Source of the DNA: Chiloscyllium plagiosum
Lineage: Eukaryota
Assembly: GCF_004010195.1 (NCBI RefSeq)
Contig: NC_057758.1
Span: forward strand, 1,108,983 to 1,172,982
Direction of reading: 5' to 3'
Length of the DNA stretch: 64,000 nucleotides
Part shown: piece by piece, positions 1 through 12,930 of the stretch
Numbering within the stretch: the stretch's first letter is position 1
Layout: each line of letters starts with the position of its first letter
Program-made: the position numbers and the translations under genes
Notes under the pieces: model-generated
Databases searched by the model: none
Seen by the model: the letters and a program-made list of their open reading frames with translations, nothing else
What the model was told of the DNA's origin: nothing

Positions 1-212
1 AGAGCTCACTTCCCCAGTCTCGGTAAATCCTAGGGTGCATTCTGCCTGTCTGTGTCAGTCACAGAGCTCTCTGTCTCAAGCTGTGTCAGTCAGAGTGCTC
101 GCTGTCACAGTCTCCCTCTTAGCCCAGTATTCATTATCCCCAGTCGGTGTCAGCCCCAGAGCTCTCTGTCCCAGTCTGTCAGACACAGACCTCCCTGTCC
201 CAGTCTCACTCT

Positions 213-1117
213 TGTTCTGACGGCGAGGTGGACACCCCTCTGATAATTGAAATCAAAACACCCAGAGGTTAAAACCTTGCCTTTGCAATCTAACAGAGGA
301 GTTTGACAAGGGTAATAGCCTACTTCTCACCACTCATCTGTCTTGATTGAGTGGTTAAATGAAAGAAATCCTTTTACTCACTAGACAATTAACACGTAAC
401 AATTTATTTATCTGACTCCATCAGTGACTAATTTAATAGAATTATTAACAAACTGGACAATTTCCCGGCAATTAATCAAAATTCTACTGGAAAGAATGTT
501 ATTCAGAATGAATAAAGTCCCGTTTATATAAACGTAAATAATAAGAAAACAATAAATGAAAACATAATCCCTTCACGTTCTCACAGTCTATGTCTTCGCT
601 GCTTTATCACGAACTGCATTACAAACCAATTTTTTCGTGGAATATTCTGTGAGGATTTTGAGCTGGAAATATTGTGATATTTTTGATGGGTCTTTCTAGA
701 AGTTTAACAATTTTGTGTGGGAGGCAGATTTGTCTCTCAAATGATGGACTTGTTATCGTTGCAGCTGAAGTTAGGCGCTTCCTTCAGTTGACAGATGGCT
801 CTTCCCCGATTTTCAAACATATTCTTTTGACACTATCAACGATGGAACAAAGACTCATGATATGATTGATTTTAGGCTGAAATACCATGAATTGGCTTTG
901 AATTTCTGTGTACTTGTTTTGAATTATTCAGCCAAATTCAAACTGGCCGTCTAAACATGCTTAAGGCATCCATTCACAAAACCAATTGTTCCATGTTTCC
1001 ATTTTAGAACTGTGTACAATTCCCCATCCGGTCCTTTTAAGAGATAAAAGCATTTATCTCTTAAAGGGGACATACGCTGCCTCTCAATTAACGATTATTC
1101 TACACAACTTTATAGCA
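213..1117. mobile_element. Solo LTR inserted in the satellite
   Basis: AT-rich insert with TGTTCTGA...TATAGCA ends and a 4-bp TSD CTCT (209-212, 1118-1121). Confidence 0.8.
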
Positions 1118-2983
1118 CTCTCAGCTCCAATGCTCACTGTTTCACTCTCAATCTCAGTCTCAAAGCTCACTGCGCCAGTCTGTTTCAATCCCAGTGTCAG
1201 TGTTCCAATATGCAGCAGTCCTAGAACTCACTGTAATAGTGTGTGTGGCACAGAGCTCACCGCCTCAGTCACAGTCGCAGATCTCACTGACCAAGTCCGT
1301 CAGTCCCAAAGCTCGCTGACTCAGTCTGTGGCATTTCCAGAACTCAATGCCCCAGTCTTATTCTCAGTCACAAGGCTCAGTGACCCAGTCTGTGGCAGTT
1401 CCAGAACTCAATGCTGCAGTCTTACTCTCAGTCGCAAGGCTCAGTGACCCAGTCTGTGCCAATCCCTGATCTCACAGGCCCAGCATCTTTGAGTCGCAGA
1501 AATTACAGTCCTGGTCTCACTCGCATTCCCAGAGCGCACTAATCTCACAACTCACTGTCCAATTATTTCACTTCCAGAGTTCTGTGTTCCAATCTCTGTC
1601 AGTTCCAAACTTCATTGTCACCGCCTCAGTCAATCACAGAGAGCACTATTCCAGTCCCTGTCAGTCGCAGAGTTCAATGTCTGGGTGTCTGTCAGTCCCA
1701 GAGTTCATGTCTCATCCCACATCAGCCCGAGAGCTCACTATCCCAGTCTCTGTCAGTCCCAGTGCTCACAATATGTGCAAATCCCAGAGTGCAGTGCCCC
1801 AGTCTCATTCGGTTCCAGAGCTCGCTCTATCAGTGTCTTTCAGGTCCAGTGTTGACTGTCCCAGTCTCGTTCAGTCTTAGAGCTCATGGTCTCTGTCTCA
1901 TTCTCCCTTCCTCTGCTCACACTCCAGTTTTCTGGGAGTCCCAGAACTCATACTCACTGTACCTGTCAGTTGAAGCACTCTCTCCCACATTCTTCCTCGC
2001 CGTCAGTCTCAGTTCCAGATCACCCTGGCCCAAAATCTTTCAGTTCCAGTGTTCACTGTCTCAGTCTCACTCTCAGTCCCAGAAGTCACTGTCAGATTCT
2101 CCCAGTTCCACAGCTTAATGTCACAGGCTTATTCAGTGCCAGAACTCGTTGTCCCTGTCTCTGTGACGCCGACAACTCACTTTCCCAGTCCCATTCTCAG
2201 TCGCAGTCTCACTTTTTGCCCAGAGTTCATTGTCCCAATCTGTGGTGTCATAGGCCTCACTGCCCCAGTATCTGTTAGTCCCACACCTCATTATCCCTGT
2301 CTCTGTCAGTTCAGGAACTCACTGTCCCGAACTCACGCAATCCCAGAACTTACTGCCCCAACCTCGTCCAGTCCCAGACCTCGCATTTACAGTCTGTGAC
2401 GATCCCAGAGCTTCCTGCCGTAGTCTGTGATTGTCCCAGTGCTCACTGTCCCCATCACTGTCAGTCCCAGACCACACTGTCAGTCCCAGACCACACTGTC
2501 TCAATCCATTTTATTTTCAGAGCTGACTGTCCCACCCTCACTTTTATTTTCAGAGCTGATTGTACAAGTCAATATCATTCCAAGTGCTCATACTTTCAGA
2601 TGCTTTCAGTCACAGTGCTCACTGTCTCAGTCTTTTTCAATCCCAGAGCTCGTTCTACCAATCTCCCGCTCAATCCTACAGCTCTGTCACAGAAGCCTCT
2701 GCCAACTCCAGTTCTCACTGTGCCAGTTACTTCACTCTGAGTGTTCACTCTCCCAGTCACTATTAGTCCTACAACTCACTATCCCAGTCTGTGACAACCC
2801 CGCAGCTCACTGTCACAGCCACTGGCAGTCCCAGACGTCACTGTCCCAGTCTCTCTCTCTCTCGTCTCCGTGCTCACTGTCCAAGTCTGTCAACAGAGCT
2901 CACTATCTCAGTCTATATCTGTCCAAGAACTCACTGTCACAGTCTGTGTCAGTCCCAGTGCTCGTTGTTCCAGTCTGTGTCAG

Positions 2984-3442
2984 ATTTTTTTAGATTAGAT
3001 TAGATTAGATTGGAAACAGGCCCTTCGGCCCAACAAGTCCACACCGATCCGCCGAAGCGAAACCCACCCATACCCCTACATTTACCCCTTACCTAACACT
3101 AGTCTGTGTCAGATTTTTTTAGATTAGATTAGATTAGATTAGATTAGATTGGAAACAGGCCCTTCGGCCCAACAAGTCCACACCGATTCGCCGAAGCGAA
3201 ACCCACCCATACCCCTACATTTACCCCTTACCTAACACTATGGGCAATTTTTAGTATGGCCAATTCACCTGACCCTGCACATCTTTGGACTGTGGGAGGA
3301 AACCGGAGCACCCGGAGGAAACCCACGCAGACACGGGGAGAACGTGCAAACTCCACACAGTCAGTCGCCTGAGGCGGGAATTGAACCCGGGTCTCTGGCG
3401 CTGTGAGGCAGCAGTGCTAACCACTGTGCCACCGTGCCGCCC
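2984..3442 (-). mobile_element. HE1-type tRNA-derived SINE, young, with duplicated 3' end
   Basis: Minus strand starts GGGCGGCACGGTGGCACAGTGGTTAGCAC (A box), contains GGTTCAATTCC (B box) and ends GGGCCGAAGGGCCTGTTTCC plus a (TCTAA)n tail. Confidence 0.92.
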
Positions 3443-5964
3443 ACCGTGTCCTTCCCGGATCCCGCTAGCCCAGCCTATTTCAGTCCGAGGGTTGAAATTT
3501 CCCAGTCTCACTCGTAGTCCCATCGCTCACTGTTCCAATTCCATTCTCGATCCCAAATGCACAACGTCCCAATCGCTTTCAGTCTCAGATCTCACTCTCC
3601 AAGTCTCTGACTGCCCCAACTTTCACTCTTCCAGTTGCTTCTCCACCACATTTCTCACTCTCCCAGTCAGTCTTAGTCCCAGTACTAACTGTCTCAGTCT
3701 ATTGCAGTCGAAAAGCTCAGTTAATCAATCTGGGGCAGTCCCAGATCTCACTAGTGTAGTCTCTTTCAGTCCCAAAGCTCACTGTCCCGGTCTGTTTCAG
3801 TTGCAAGGCTCTCTGTCCCAGTCTCTGTCAGTTCCACAGATCACTTTCTCAGTCGCGCTCTTGGTCACAGAGTTTAATGCCCCACTCTCTCCCAGGGCCA
3901 GAGCTTGCTGACCGAGTCTTGCTCTCAGTCCGACGTCTCAATGAACCAGTCTGTGTCAGACCCAGATCTAAATTGGCCATGTCTCTTTCAGTCCCAGAGC
4001 TTGGTGTCCCAGTGTCTCTTTCGGTCCCAGATCTCACTGTCCGAATCTCTGTCCGGGTTCAAGAACTCACTGTTCTAGGCGCTGCCAATTCCACAGCTCA
4101 CTGTTCCAATCTCAGATTCCCAGAGCTCAATGTCACAGTCTTGGTCAGTTCTAGAACTCACTTACCCAACTCCTGTTAGTCCAAGTCCTCACTCTCCCAG
4201 TCTTTCTTAGTCTCAGTGTTTACTCTCCAAGTTTCTCATCGGTCCCAGAGCTTACTCTGCCGGTCGCGGTCAGTCAGAGTGTTTCCTGTCCCAGTCGACT
4301 ACAGTCCCAGAGCTCACTGACCCAGTGTGTGTAAGTCCCATATCTCACTTGTCCACAGTGTGTCAGTCTCAGAACTCACTGCCCTAGTCTCTGTCAGTGT
4401 AAGAGCACACTGTCCCGGTCTTCCCATTCCCATTAAGCACTGTTGCAGTTTTACTCTCAGTCCCAAGTCTCAGTGACATAGTCTGTATTAGTCCCAGAGC
4501 TTGCTTTCCCAGTACCATTGTTGGTCCCAGAGCTGTCTTAGACCTGGTCAGTCCCACAGCTCACTGTTCCAGCCTGTGTTAGTCCCAGCGCTCACTCTCC
4601 CAGCTCCTCGTAGTTCCAGTCCTCTCTGTTCACTCTCCGAGTTTGTTGTCATTCCCAGTTCTCGCTCTCCCAACTGTCAGGGCAGCAGCTCACAGTTGCA
4701 GTGTCTTTCAGTCCCAGTGCTCGACTTCGCAGTATCAGTCTCCGTTCCAGTGCTCTCTATCCCAGTTTGAATCTCAGCCCCAATATTGTCTACTCTTGTC
4801 TCTTCCTGTTCGAGAAATTAATCTCCTGCCATTCAGACCAAATCTCTCTGTGATCGTCTCATACTCGGTCCCAGAGCTCACTACCCCAGCCTGTGTCAGT
4901 CCCAAAACTCACTATTGCAGTTTCTGTCAGTCCCAGAGCTCACTGTACCACTCTGTTTCAAAGCCAGACCTCATTGTATCCCAGTTTCTGACAGTCTCAA
5001 AGCTTACTGTCCCAGCCTATCGGTCGCAGAGCACCATGTGCCAATTTGTGTCATTCCCAGGGCTCCATTGCAGTCTCACTCTCTGTCCCTGCGCTGTCTG
5101 CTCTAATCACATTCTGTTCCAATGTCAATCTCCCAGTCTCATTCAGTCCTTGTTCTCACTGTCTCAGTTTGAATCTCGGTCACAGAGCACACTGTCCAAG
5201 TCCCTGTCAGACACATAACTCACTGTCCCAATTTCTGTCAGTCCCAGAGCTCACTGTCGCAGCATATATCATTTCCAGAGCTCACTGTCTACTCTGGAGG
5301 AGTCCCTGCGCTCGTTGTCCCTCTCCCACTCTCAGTTCCCGCGCTGTCACACCCAGTCTCCTTCTGTTTGAGAGCTCAATCTCCCAGACTCACTCTGTTG
5401 GAGATCGGCCTGTCCCAGTCGCACCCTTGGTCCCAGTGCTCACTACCCCAGCCTCTGTCAGTCCCACAGCTTACTCTCCCAGTCTCTTGTTAGGGTTAAT
5501 GATCACAGACCATGCGTCCGTAAGTCCCAAAAATCACCAGCACAGTCTCTGTCAGTCCCACTGCTCACTATCAAACTCTGACTCAGTCCAAATGCCACTA
5601 TCCCAGTCTCGATCCGAATCAGACCTCATTCTCCCAGACCCTTGTCAGTACTAGTGTTCATTGGCCCAGTGTCTGTCAGTCCCAGAACCCACTGTCTCAG
5701 CATCCGTCCGAACCACAGCTCACTGTCCAGAGCTGTTTCAGTCCGTGAGGTCATTGTTTCAGCATCTCTCAGTCCCACAGTACACTTGCACAGTGTCAAT
5801 CTCTGTCACATTCATCGCTGTCCCAGTCTCACTCTCAGTCACAGAGCTCACTGTCTCATCATTTGTTAGTTTCAGAGCTCACTGTCCGAGTCTCAGCCAG
5901 TCTTAAGAGCTCAGTGTCCCTGTTTGTTTAAGTCCCAGTGTTCATTGTCACACTATGCTAGTCT

Positions 5965-6500
5965 AAGGGGAGGGTAACACTGCATTAAGAAAGTTAAGAC
6001 ATTGTTGAGCTCCAAGTTAAAAGTAAAAATGGAACTATCATAGAAAACATAGATACTGCGTCTGCATATGAGCAAAAAGTAAGCAGTGAATAGGAAAGTT
6101 GGGATACAGCTGCAGATTTTAACCAGGTGAAAGTGAGGAATGCAGATGCTGGAGATCGGAGTCTAGGTTAGAGTGGTGCTGGAAAAGCACAGCAGGTCAG
6201 TCAGCAACCAAGGAGCAGGAAAAACGACATTTCGGGCAATCTCCCAGTCTCATTCAGTCCTTGTTCTCACTGTCTCAGGAATGGTGAAGAACTTTTGCCT
6301 GAAACGTCGGTTTTCCTGCTCTTCGGATGCTGCCTGACTTGCTGTGCTTTTTCCAGCACCACTCTAATCTAGACTGCAGATTTTAACTACCTACAAAATA
6401 AATATAATGTTGTGGGTGCTCCAATGTCTGGGTCTAACGGAGAGAAAGACTGGGTGTGACATATTCCTGATTACAAGGTGTTCAGGTAAGTTAAGAAAAT
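5965..6500 (+). mobile_element. Highly decayed CR1-like LINE fragment (start of ORF2 endonuclease)
   Basis: ATTCCTGATTACAAGGTGTTCAGG translates to IPDYKVFR, resembling the CR1 endonuclease IPGYxxFRxDR region. Confidence 0.5.
6124..6373. mobile_element. Short palindromic Penelope-like derivative
   Basis: Inverted arms at about 6161-6239 and 6295-6374; perfect 14-bp TSD CTGCAGATTTTAAC (6110-6123, 6374-6387); arms resemble the end of the Penelope-like remnant at 25855-25945. Confidence 0.8.
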
Positions 6501-6544
6501 TTGTGACGGTAAATGTTGCAGATATTGGAGACAGACGAGGATGC

Positions 6545-6617
6545 AGAGACAGATAGAGAGAGAGAGAGAGAGGGAGAGAGAGAGAGACTGTGTGTGTGTG
6601 TGTGAGAGAGAGAGAGT
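6545..6617. repeat. (GA)n/(GT)n compound microsatellite
   Basis: Seen directly in the sequence. Confidence 0.95.
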
Positions 6618-9480
6618 AGGAAACAATCCTCTTCATAGGTACAAGAAATTTGGAGTGTGCATTAGCACAGCTTATTGTAGGGCATTGAGACAGGTTGCCA
6701 TCATTGGTTTCGAGTTAATAAACGAGAACACAGACCAGGAATAACCAGGACTGGGTAAAGATGAAGGGAGCGGGAAGGGATCTCACCCAGGTTAACTTTT
6801 ACACATCGTTTATGATGTTCATTGACAACAGAGCCTCAGGCTAGTGTTTAAGGCAGAGCTCGTCCAGACACAGTCACGTGGGTTACAAGTATATCAGCCA
6901 GATCAAAACTGAAGCCATTTGTCATTTCTCATTCAGTAGGATCATGGCCGATTCTATCGTAAATCCGTGCCTTCGGAAATCCATGCCCCTTATGATCTGG
7001 ATTGAACCACACCAGGAGACATCCTTCTCACGTCTGCCTTGTCCAAGTGATTCAGTGCGTTTAACTCTTCAATCAGGTCACCCATCCACCAACCACCAGC
7101 TCGCCGAACTTTTCAACAACGCAGCTGAAACAAGCTCAATATGTCCAAACTTCATCTGAAAATGATCCCACTCATTCGAGTAAACCACCCCCGAACCAGC
7201 TCCGACTCATTTAAATACATCCTTCAATAAGGAGAGCAGAGCTGCATACAACGCTACTGATGTGGTCTCTCAGGCATCCTGCGTAACGAAAACATTATAT
7301 TTGTGTGCGCTGCATCTTATCAGAAATAATATCACTCCATTAGCTTCATTCATTATGTTCTGTGTTTACACAATAACTTATTGAGACTCAAGCGCCACAA
7401 GATGTAAATCCCTCTGCGCCTCAGATTTTTGAAGTGGCCATCGTTTGAAATAATACGTGCTCTAAATTTAACATTTTGTTCCAATCTGAACAATTTGCTA
7501 TTTTCCCAGCTTGTGTCCAGCTGCCGCATTTTCGCCGTCTCCATTAACCTATCTCGGTGAGTCTGCAAGCACCTTGCGCCTTCCACACCAATCCCTGCCT
7601 ATCTTGCTGCTGCCTGTGAAATTTGCTCCACACAATCCCTTCCTTATCTCAGACCATGATCAAAAAATGACTGACCTCTGTTTCCTTGTGTTTTTTTTTA
7701 CACATTACGACGACTCTTCACACGTTAAGGAAAGAAAACTATTCATATCCCTAAAGAACACCTTCTAACATTCTTGATGTCAGCTACCAGTCTTTTCTGG
7801 ATCTCACTCTTTGTTTCTATACAATTCATTTCACCTCGTCTTGAATGTTCTGACCATCTCTTGTTTTTCTACTAAATGTCAGACATGTCATCAGTGAGAA
7901 ACACACTTATTTGAACTTTATATTAGCATTTGTTTGGGCTACCTACTTACTGTAAGTAATCTAATTTGTTTGGGCTACCTGTCCAGTATTAGAAAATAAG
8001 CCTTGATTGTACTCGACCCTCACCTCTTTAAAGGTAGCACAATGCTTACTTTCAGTCTCTTCCAGCATCCTCTCATTGCAATCTTTCTGACTCCCTCTCT
8101 GTTCTTGCCCCTTTAAAGACCTCTCTCTGCCAAGTCTTATTCTGGATTGAGCTTTGCTCTTCTCCATCAACATCCTGAATTTTCTGAAAGAATACTAATT
8201 GTCGCCTGACTGTGGTTCCACTTGACAGACTTGTCTCACCTAATTTCGAAGAACCAGGTTTTGTAATGTATTTTTTCTTGCTGCCTGGTTCCACGAAGCT
8301 GTAGGAAGGTCTCCTGAATAAAGTTTCGGGAAGCTTGCCTTTCACTGTCCCTTACACTGTCCCTGTCTACGTTTGATTGTGCGTTGTCACGACATGGTAA
8401 TTTGGGTATGCCTCGCGAAATTCCAGAAGGTTGGTGTCCTTGTGCATCCTTCTTACAGGCCAATACAATTGCACCTTCCTGTTCCTTCCATTTTGTCATC
8501 TTGATTCTGTCCTTGAGGCATCTGGAATATCCTCTTTCTGCACACTATAGTGTTATCTGAACTAACATTGAAATATTTCCTCCTGTCCGACTCCTCTCTT
8601 TTCCGAACACTTTGTATGAAGGGATTGTTAACACAGTAATTACCTTTCTTACGTTTGTCTTCAACTGTCTACCTCCTGTCCATTCACTTCTCAATTTCTC
8701 TGTCACACTTGCGTACTCTATCCTTCACTCTCCCTCTTGCTCGCTCTCATTCAGATTTTTGCTATCACTATGTGCAAGCCTCTCTCTTGTCTATCTATCT
8801 CTTTTTCTCCCTCTGTATCTCCCGCAACTTTTTCTCTCTGAATCATTTAGCTTGCTTTCCCTCCCGTCTGTGTATCTTTCTATTTCTGACTGTCGACCTC
8901 TGTCAATCATTGTCTTTCATTTGGTGTCTCATTCTTTCTGCCTATCTATTCCTCCTTCCTGTCTGTGTCTTTCTTACCATTTCTTACTCTCTTTCTTCGT
9001 GTCGCTATATGTCTGCATCAAATTGCATCACTTTCTCAGAATCTTTCTCTGACTCACACACTTCTCTGCCTTTTCTGATATCACTATCCCTCAAAGTGTT
9101 CAATGAAAACATGAAATGTTATGAGCAGAAGCAGGCTACTCAGCCCCATAGATTGATCCGGAATTTTATATGATCATGTTTGATCTCATATTGGCTTTAC
9201 CCCCACTTCCTTCATCATTCCCTCAACTTATTAACAACTCAAAACCTGCATATATCCTCCTTAAACGTCTTTCGTGCCCCTGCCATGCACCATACTCAAT
9301 GAATTCCACATATGTTATAGTGAAAATTGAATAATAAGGAATGTCAGGACATTTGCTTCCAAAGGTTTGAAATTTCTGCAACAAATTATTCAACAAATGT
9401 TCTTCAGTCCTAATAACCCTGTCAGAGGACATTAAATTACTTTTCTTTTTTATTTGTTCATCGATTTTTTTCCTGCAGAT

Positions 9481-10145
9481 TGTTATGAAGTTGTAGGCGT
9501 TGGAAAGTTGGCAACCCTGTCATGTAACTGTAAGCACAGAATGTACTGAAATTCTTTTTAAAAACGTAACATTTGGTGATGAAACAAATAGGTGAGCTGA
9601 GTTGCTACGTCGCACAATGATTTGAATTTTACCAATCAGTTTAAATTATGCTAAAACCCAATCGAACTTGAATTTTACTCTTTTGATGACATTAAACCAA
9701 TGAGGCGATCCAATGTTTTGGGGTGTAAGAATCAGGCGTTTTGAATAGTTAGCCAGAGAGGCAAAGAACACCAATGCAGACTTCCCGCCAACCCAGTCTT
9801 TGAAAGGTACAGGTCTATCTGTGATAGACCTGTGCAACAGTAAACTGAAGAAGACCTAAGAAGTTATAAAAAGTAGATCGACAGCTGGCTGATTTGAAAC
9901 GTGAGATTTTTGTAAACTTAAGGAGGCTTTTATCGAAGAAGATGTTGTTGTAGACTGGGAGGTGGATAAATCGACCAGACAAATGGGGCTTACAGTGTAG
10001 AAAGTTGTTGTTTAATGTTCTCTTTTGTTTGAGTTAATTTTTTTTTAATAGTGAGCTTTGTCACTCATAGTTTAACGCATGATGAGGCGAGGTAAGCTTT
10101 TCTGTGTGTCTGGTTTAAATTGGCAGAAGATTTTACCACGTAACA
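9481..10145. mobile_element. Solo LTR
   Basis: TGTTA...TAACA terminal inverted repeat and 4-bp TSD AGAT (9477-9480, 10146-10149). Confidence 0.85.
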
Positions 10146-10277
10146 AGATGCTCAGAAGGTTCGAAGTGCCAAATTGTGTTAGAGATATTTAAAAGCAGGA
10201 TCAGTTCAACTGTTGCACAAAAACAGATATCATCACTGACAAAACGCTCCTTCTGCCTCCCTCTGCTGGGCTCTGTG

Positions 10278-10635
10278 TACACACAGAATCACACAACCGA
10301 CACACACACGCACACACATGCCCAAACTCACACAATTACTTGCGCATACACACACTCACATACTCACAAACAAAGGAACACAGAAGCACACTGAGGCACG
10401 CGGACTCACACAGATGTACACAGACACCGACATGTACCTTGATACGTACACATCCACATACAATCACACTGACGTATGTTCTCACGTGCACATACACAGT
10501 GATACACGCACACGTGGAGATGTACATTGATACACACAACAAAACACGTATTGAGACACACACGAGTACTGACACACATATCTTCACACTCACACGTAAT
10601 GACACACAAAATTAGAAACACTCAGAGACACACTA
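10278..10635. repeat. Degenerate (CA)n low-complexity tract
   Basis: Seen directly; it explains the His/Thr-rich and Val/Cys-rich ORFs here. Confidence 0.9.
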
Positions 10636-12930
10636 ACAGACTGCTAATAGTAATACCAAGGGACTTCACTTAACAATTATTTTCTCGTTCCCGGCCTTAC
10701 TCAGCTGTTAAGGATTCCTTGGCTGAATGTGCAACCTTGTCATTCGTATTAAATCACTTATAATGGGATTTGTACAATAGGTTGCAAGATAATGAACAGG
10801 TTCTAAAGTGAGACCCGTCTGATGTCTCACGCCATTTGAATTTTATTCAGTCAAAATTTCTCAAAGCATGTTTTGTCATATTCTTCATGCAAAATCCTGT
10901 CAGATCATCCTACATTATCTGACAGACCTCTGACAATTCAGCCTGTCTTGGCTTTGGAAGAAGATCTCTCTGGAGACTTGAGGAATTGCTGCAGTTCTTC
11001 GTTGACATGGCAGTCATTATTTCGATTGAGCTTTCGTGGGAGTGGGCAATGGCTGGCCCTCCTTGCACAATCCTGGGAGACTTTGAAAGATATCATTCTC
11101 TGAGCTGGTGTCCCAGACCTCACTGCCCCGGTCCCTGTTAGTCCCGGTGTTCACTAACCCAGTCTGTGTCCATTCGGTATCTCACTGCCTCAATCTGCTT
11201 CCGTTCCAGAGCTCACCATCCAGTATCTTTAGACCCCAGTGCTCACTGTTGCAGTCTCTGTCAGTCCCACAGGTGATGGTTCAGGTCCCATTTACAGTCC
11301 TATTGCTCAATCCCCCAGCCTCTGTCAGTCTCAGAGCTCACTTTCCTAGTTTCACTCTTGGTCCCAGAGATCACTGTCCAATACGCTGTCAGTTCCGGAG
11401 CTCACTGACCCAGTCATTTTCAGTGCTAAAACTCACTGTCCCAGACTCACTCTCAATCCAAGGGCTCACTATCCTGGGTTCCACCAGTCCCCGAGCTGAT
11501 TGCCAAATCTGTGTGAGCCCCAGCCCTCATTATTCCACTCTCATTCTAATTTGCAGTGCACACTATCCCAGTCACTTTAAGTCCCAGACACAGGCTCCCA
11601 GTCTCTGTCAGTGCCTCTACTAGCTATCTCAGTCACTGTCACTTCGTGTACTCACTTCCCAGCCTCTTGTCAGCCCGTGTTCAGTCTATCAGTGTCTGTC
11701 AATCCAAGAGCTCACAGTTCTAGCCTCTGACAGTACCAGAGATAATTGTCTCATAATCTATCAATCCGAAAGATCACTACTCCAGTCTGTAACAGTCGCA
11801 GAGATCATCTTACCAATCTCCCTTTCAGTCCTTCTGATCATTGTCCCAGCTTTACTCTGAGCCCCAGAGTTCACAGCCCTATTTTCTGTCAGTCCCAGAT
11901 CTCACTGTCCAAGTGCGCACTGTACCAGTCTACATCCCAGAGACTGTCTCAGTCTGTATGAGTCACAGAGCTGACTAACACAGCCTGTTTCTGTCCCAGA
12001 ATTCCCTGTCCCACTCAAAGCCAGTCCCAGAAATCACTCTCCCAGCTTCTTTAAGTCCCAGAGCGCACATCCTAGTCCCTGTCGTAATCTCAATCTCAGT
12101 CCTCGGGCTGATTTGCATCAGTCCCACTGGTCACTGTCTCTGTCAGTGTTTGTCACAACGCTCAATATGCCAGTGTCCCTCTTGTTTCCTAGTGCACAGT
12201 GTCCGAGTCGCTTTTAATCCCAGAGCTCATGCCTACAGTCTCTGTGAATCCCAGTGCTAGCTCTCCCAGGCACTGTCAGTTGCAGTACTCACTTCCCTGT
12301 CTCGTTAATACCACCGCTTACTGTACTAGTGACTGTCAGCCGCAGAGATCACTGCCCCTGTTTATGCGAACACTTTCAAAGAATCTGTTAGTCCCAGAGA
12401 CTCCTATCTTACCTCTGGCTTCTCAGAGCTCATTTCCGGTTCTCAGTCTGAGTACGAGTGCTCACTGTCCCAGTATCACTCCAGGTCTCAGAGCTCATTG
12501 CCCCAGTCTCTGCCAGACCAAGTGTACAATGTCAGAGTCTCCCTCTCTCTCTCTCTCAGATGCAGAGATCACTGCCCCAGTCTCTGTCAATCCTAGAGCT
12601 CACTGCCACAGATACTTTCAATGCCAGAGATCACTATTACAGTTTATGTTAGTCGCAGAGCTCAATATGTCCTTTTCTGACTCAGTCTCACTCTCAGCCT
12701 CAGTGTTCATTGTCTCAGTATCACTCTCAGCACAGAGCTGACTGTCCAAGTCTCTGTTTGTCCAAGTGCTTACGGTCCGAGTCTCGATAGTCTCAGTGTG
12801 CATTGTCCCAATCTATGTCAGTCACAGAGCTGGCTGCTCCAGGCTATTGTATTCACAGTGCTTACTGTCACAGTCTTCCATTCGGCCCATTCTATGTCAA
12901 TCCCAGAGCTCATTGTCCCAGTCTCACTCT

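Larger units (their letters stand above)
1..5962 (+). repeat. Degenerate 31-bp tandem satellite, block 1 (interrupted by a solo LTR at 213-1117 and a SINE at 2984-3442)
   Basis: Recurring AGTCCCAGAGCTCACTGTCCCAGTCTCTGTC with a 33-bp variant (...CAGTCTCACTCTCAGT...); C/T-rich on the + strand. Confidence 0.95.

Noticed and set aside
3370..3442. tRNA gene
   Set aside because: It is the tRNA-derived head of an HE1 SINE, continuous with the SINE body.
1..5962. CRISPR-like array
   Set aside because: Units are contiguous and degenerate with no unique spacers, there are no cas genes, and the context is eukaryotic.
10176..10621. His/Thr-rich and Val/Cys-rich ORFs (also at 57182-57536)
   Set aside because: They are translations of (CA)n/(TG)n tracts.
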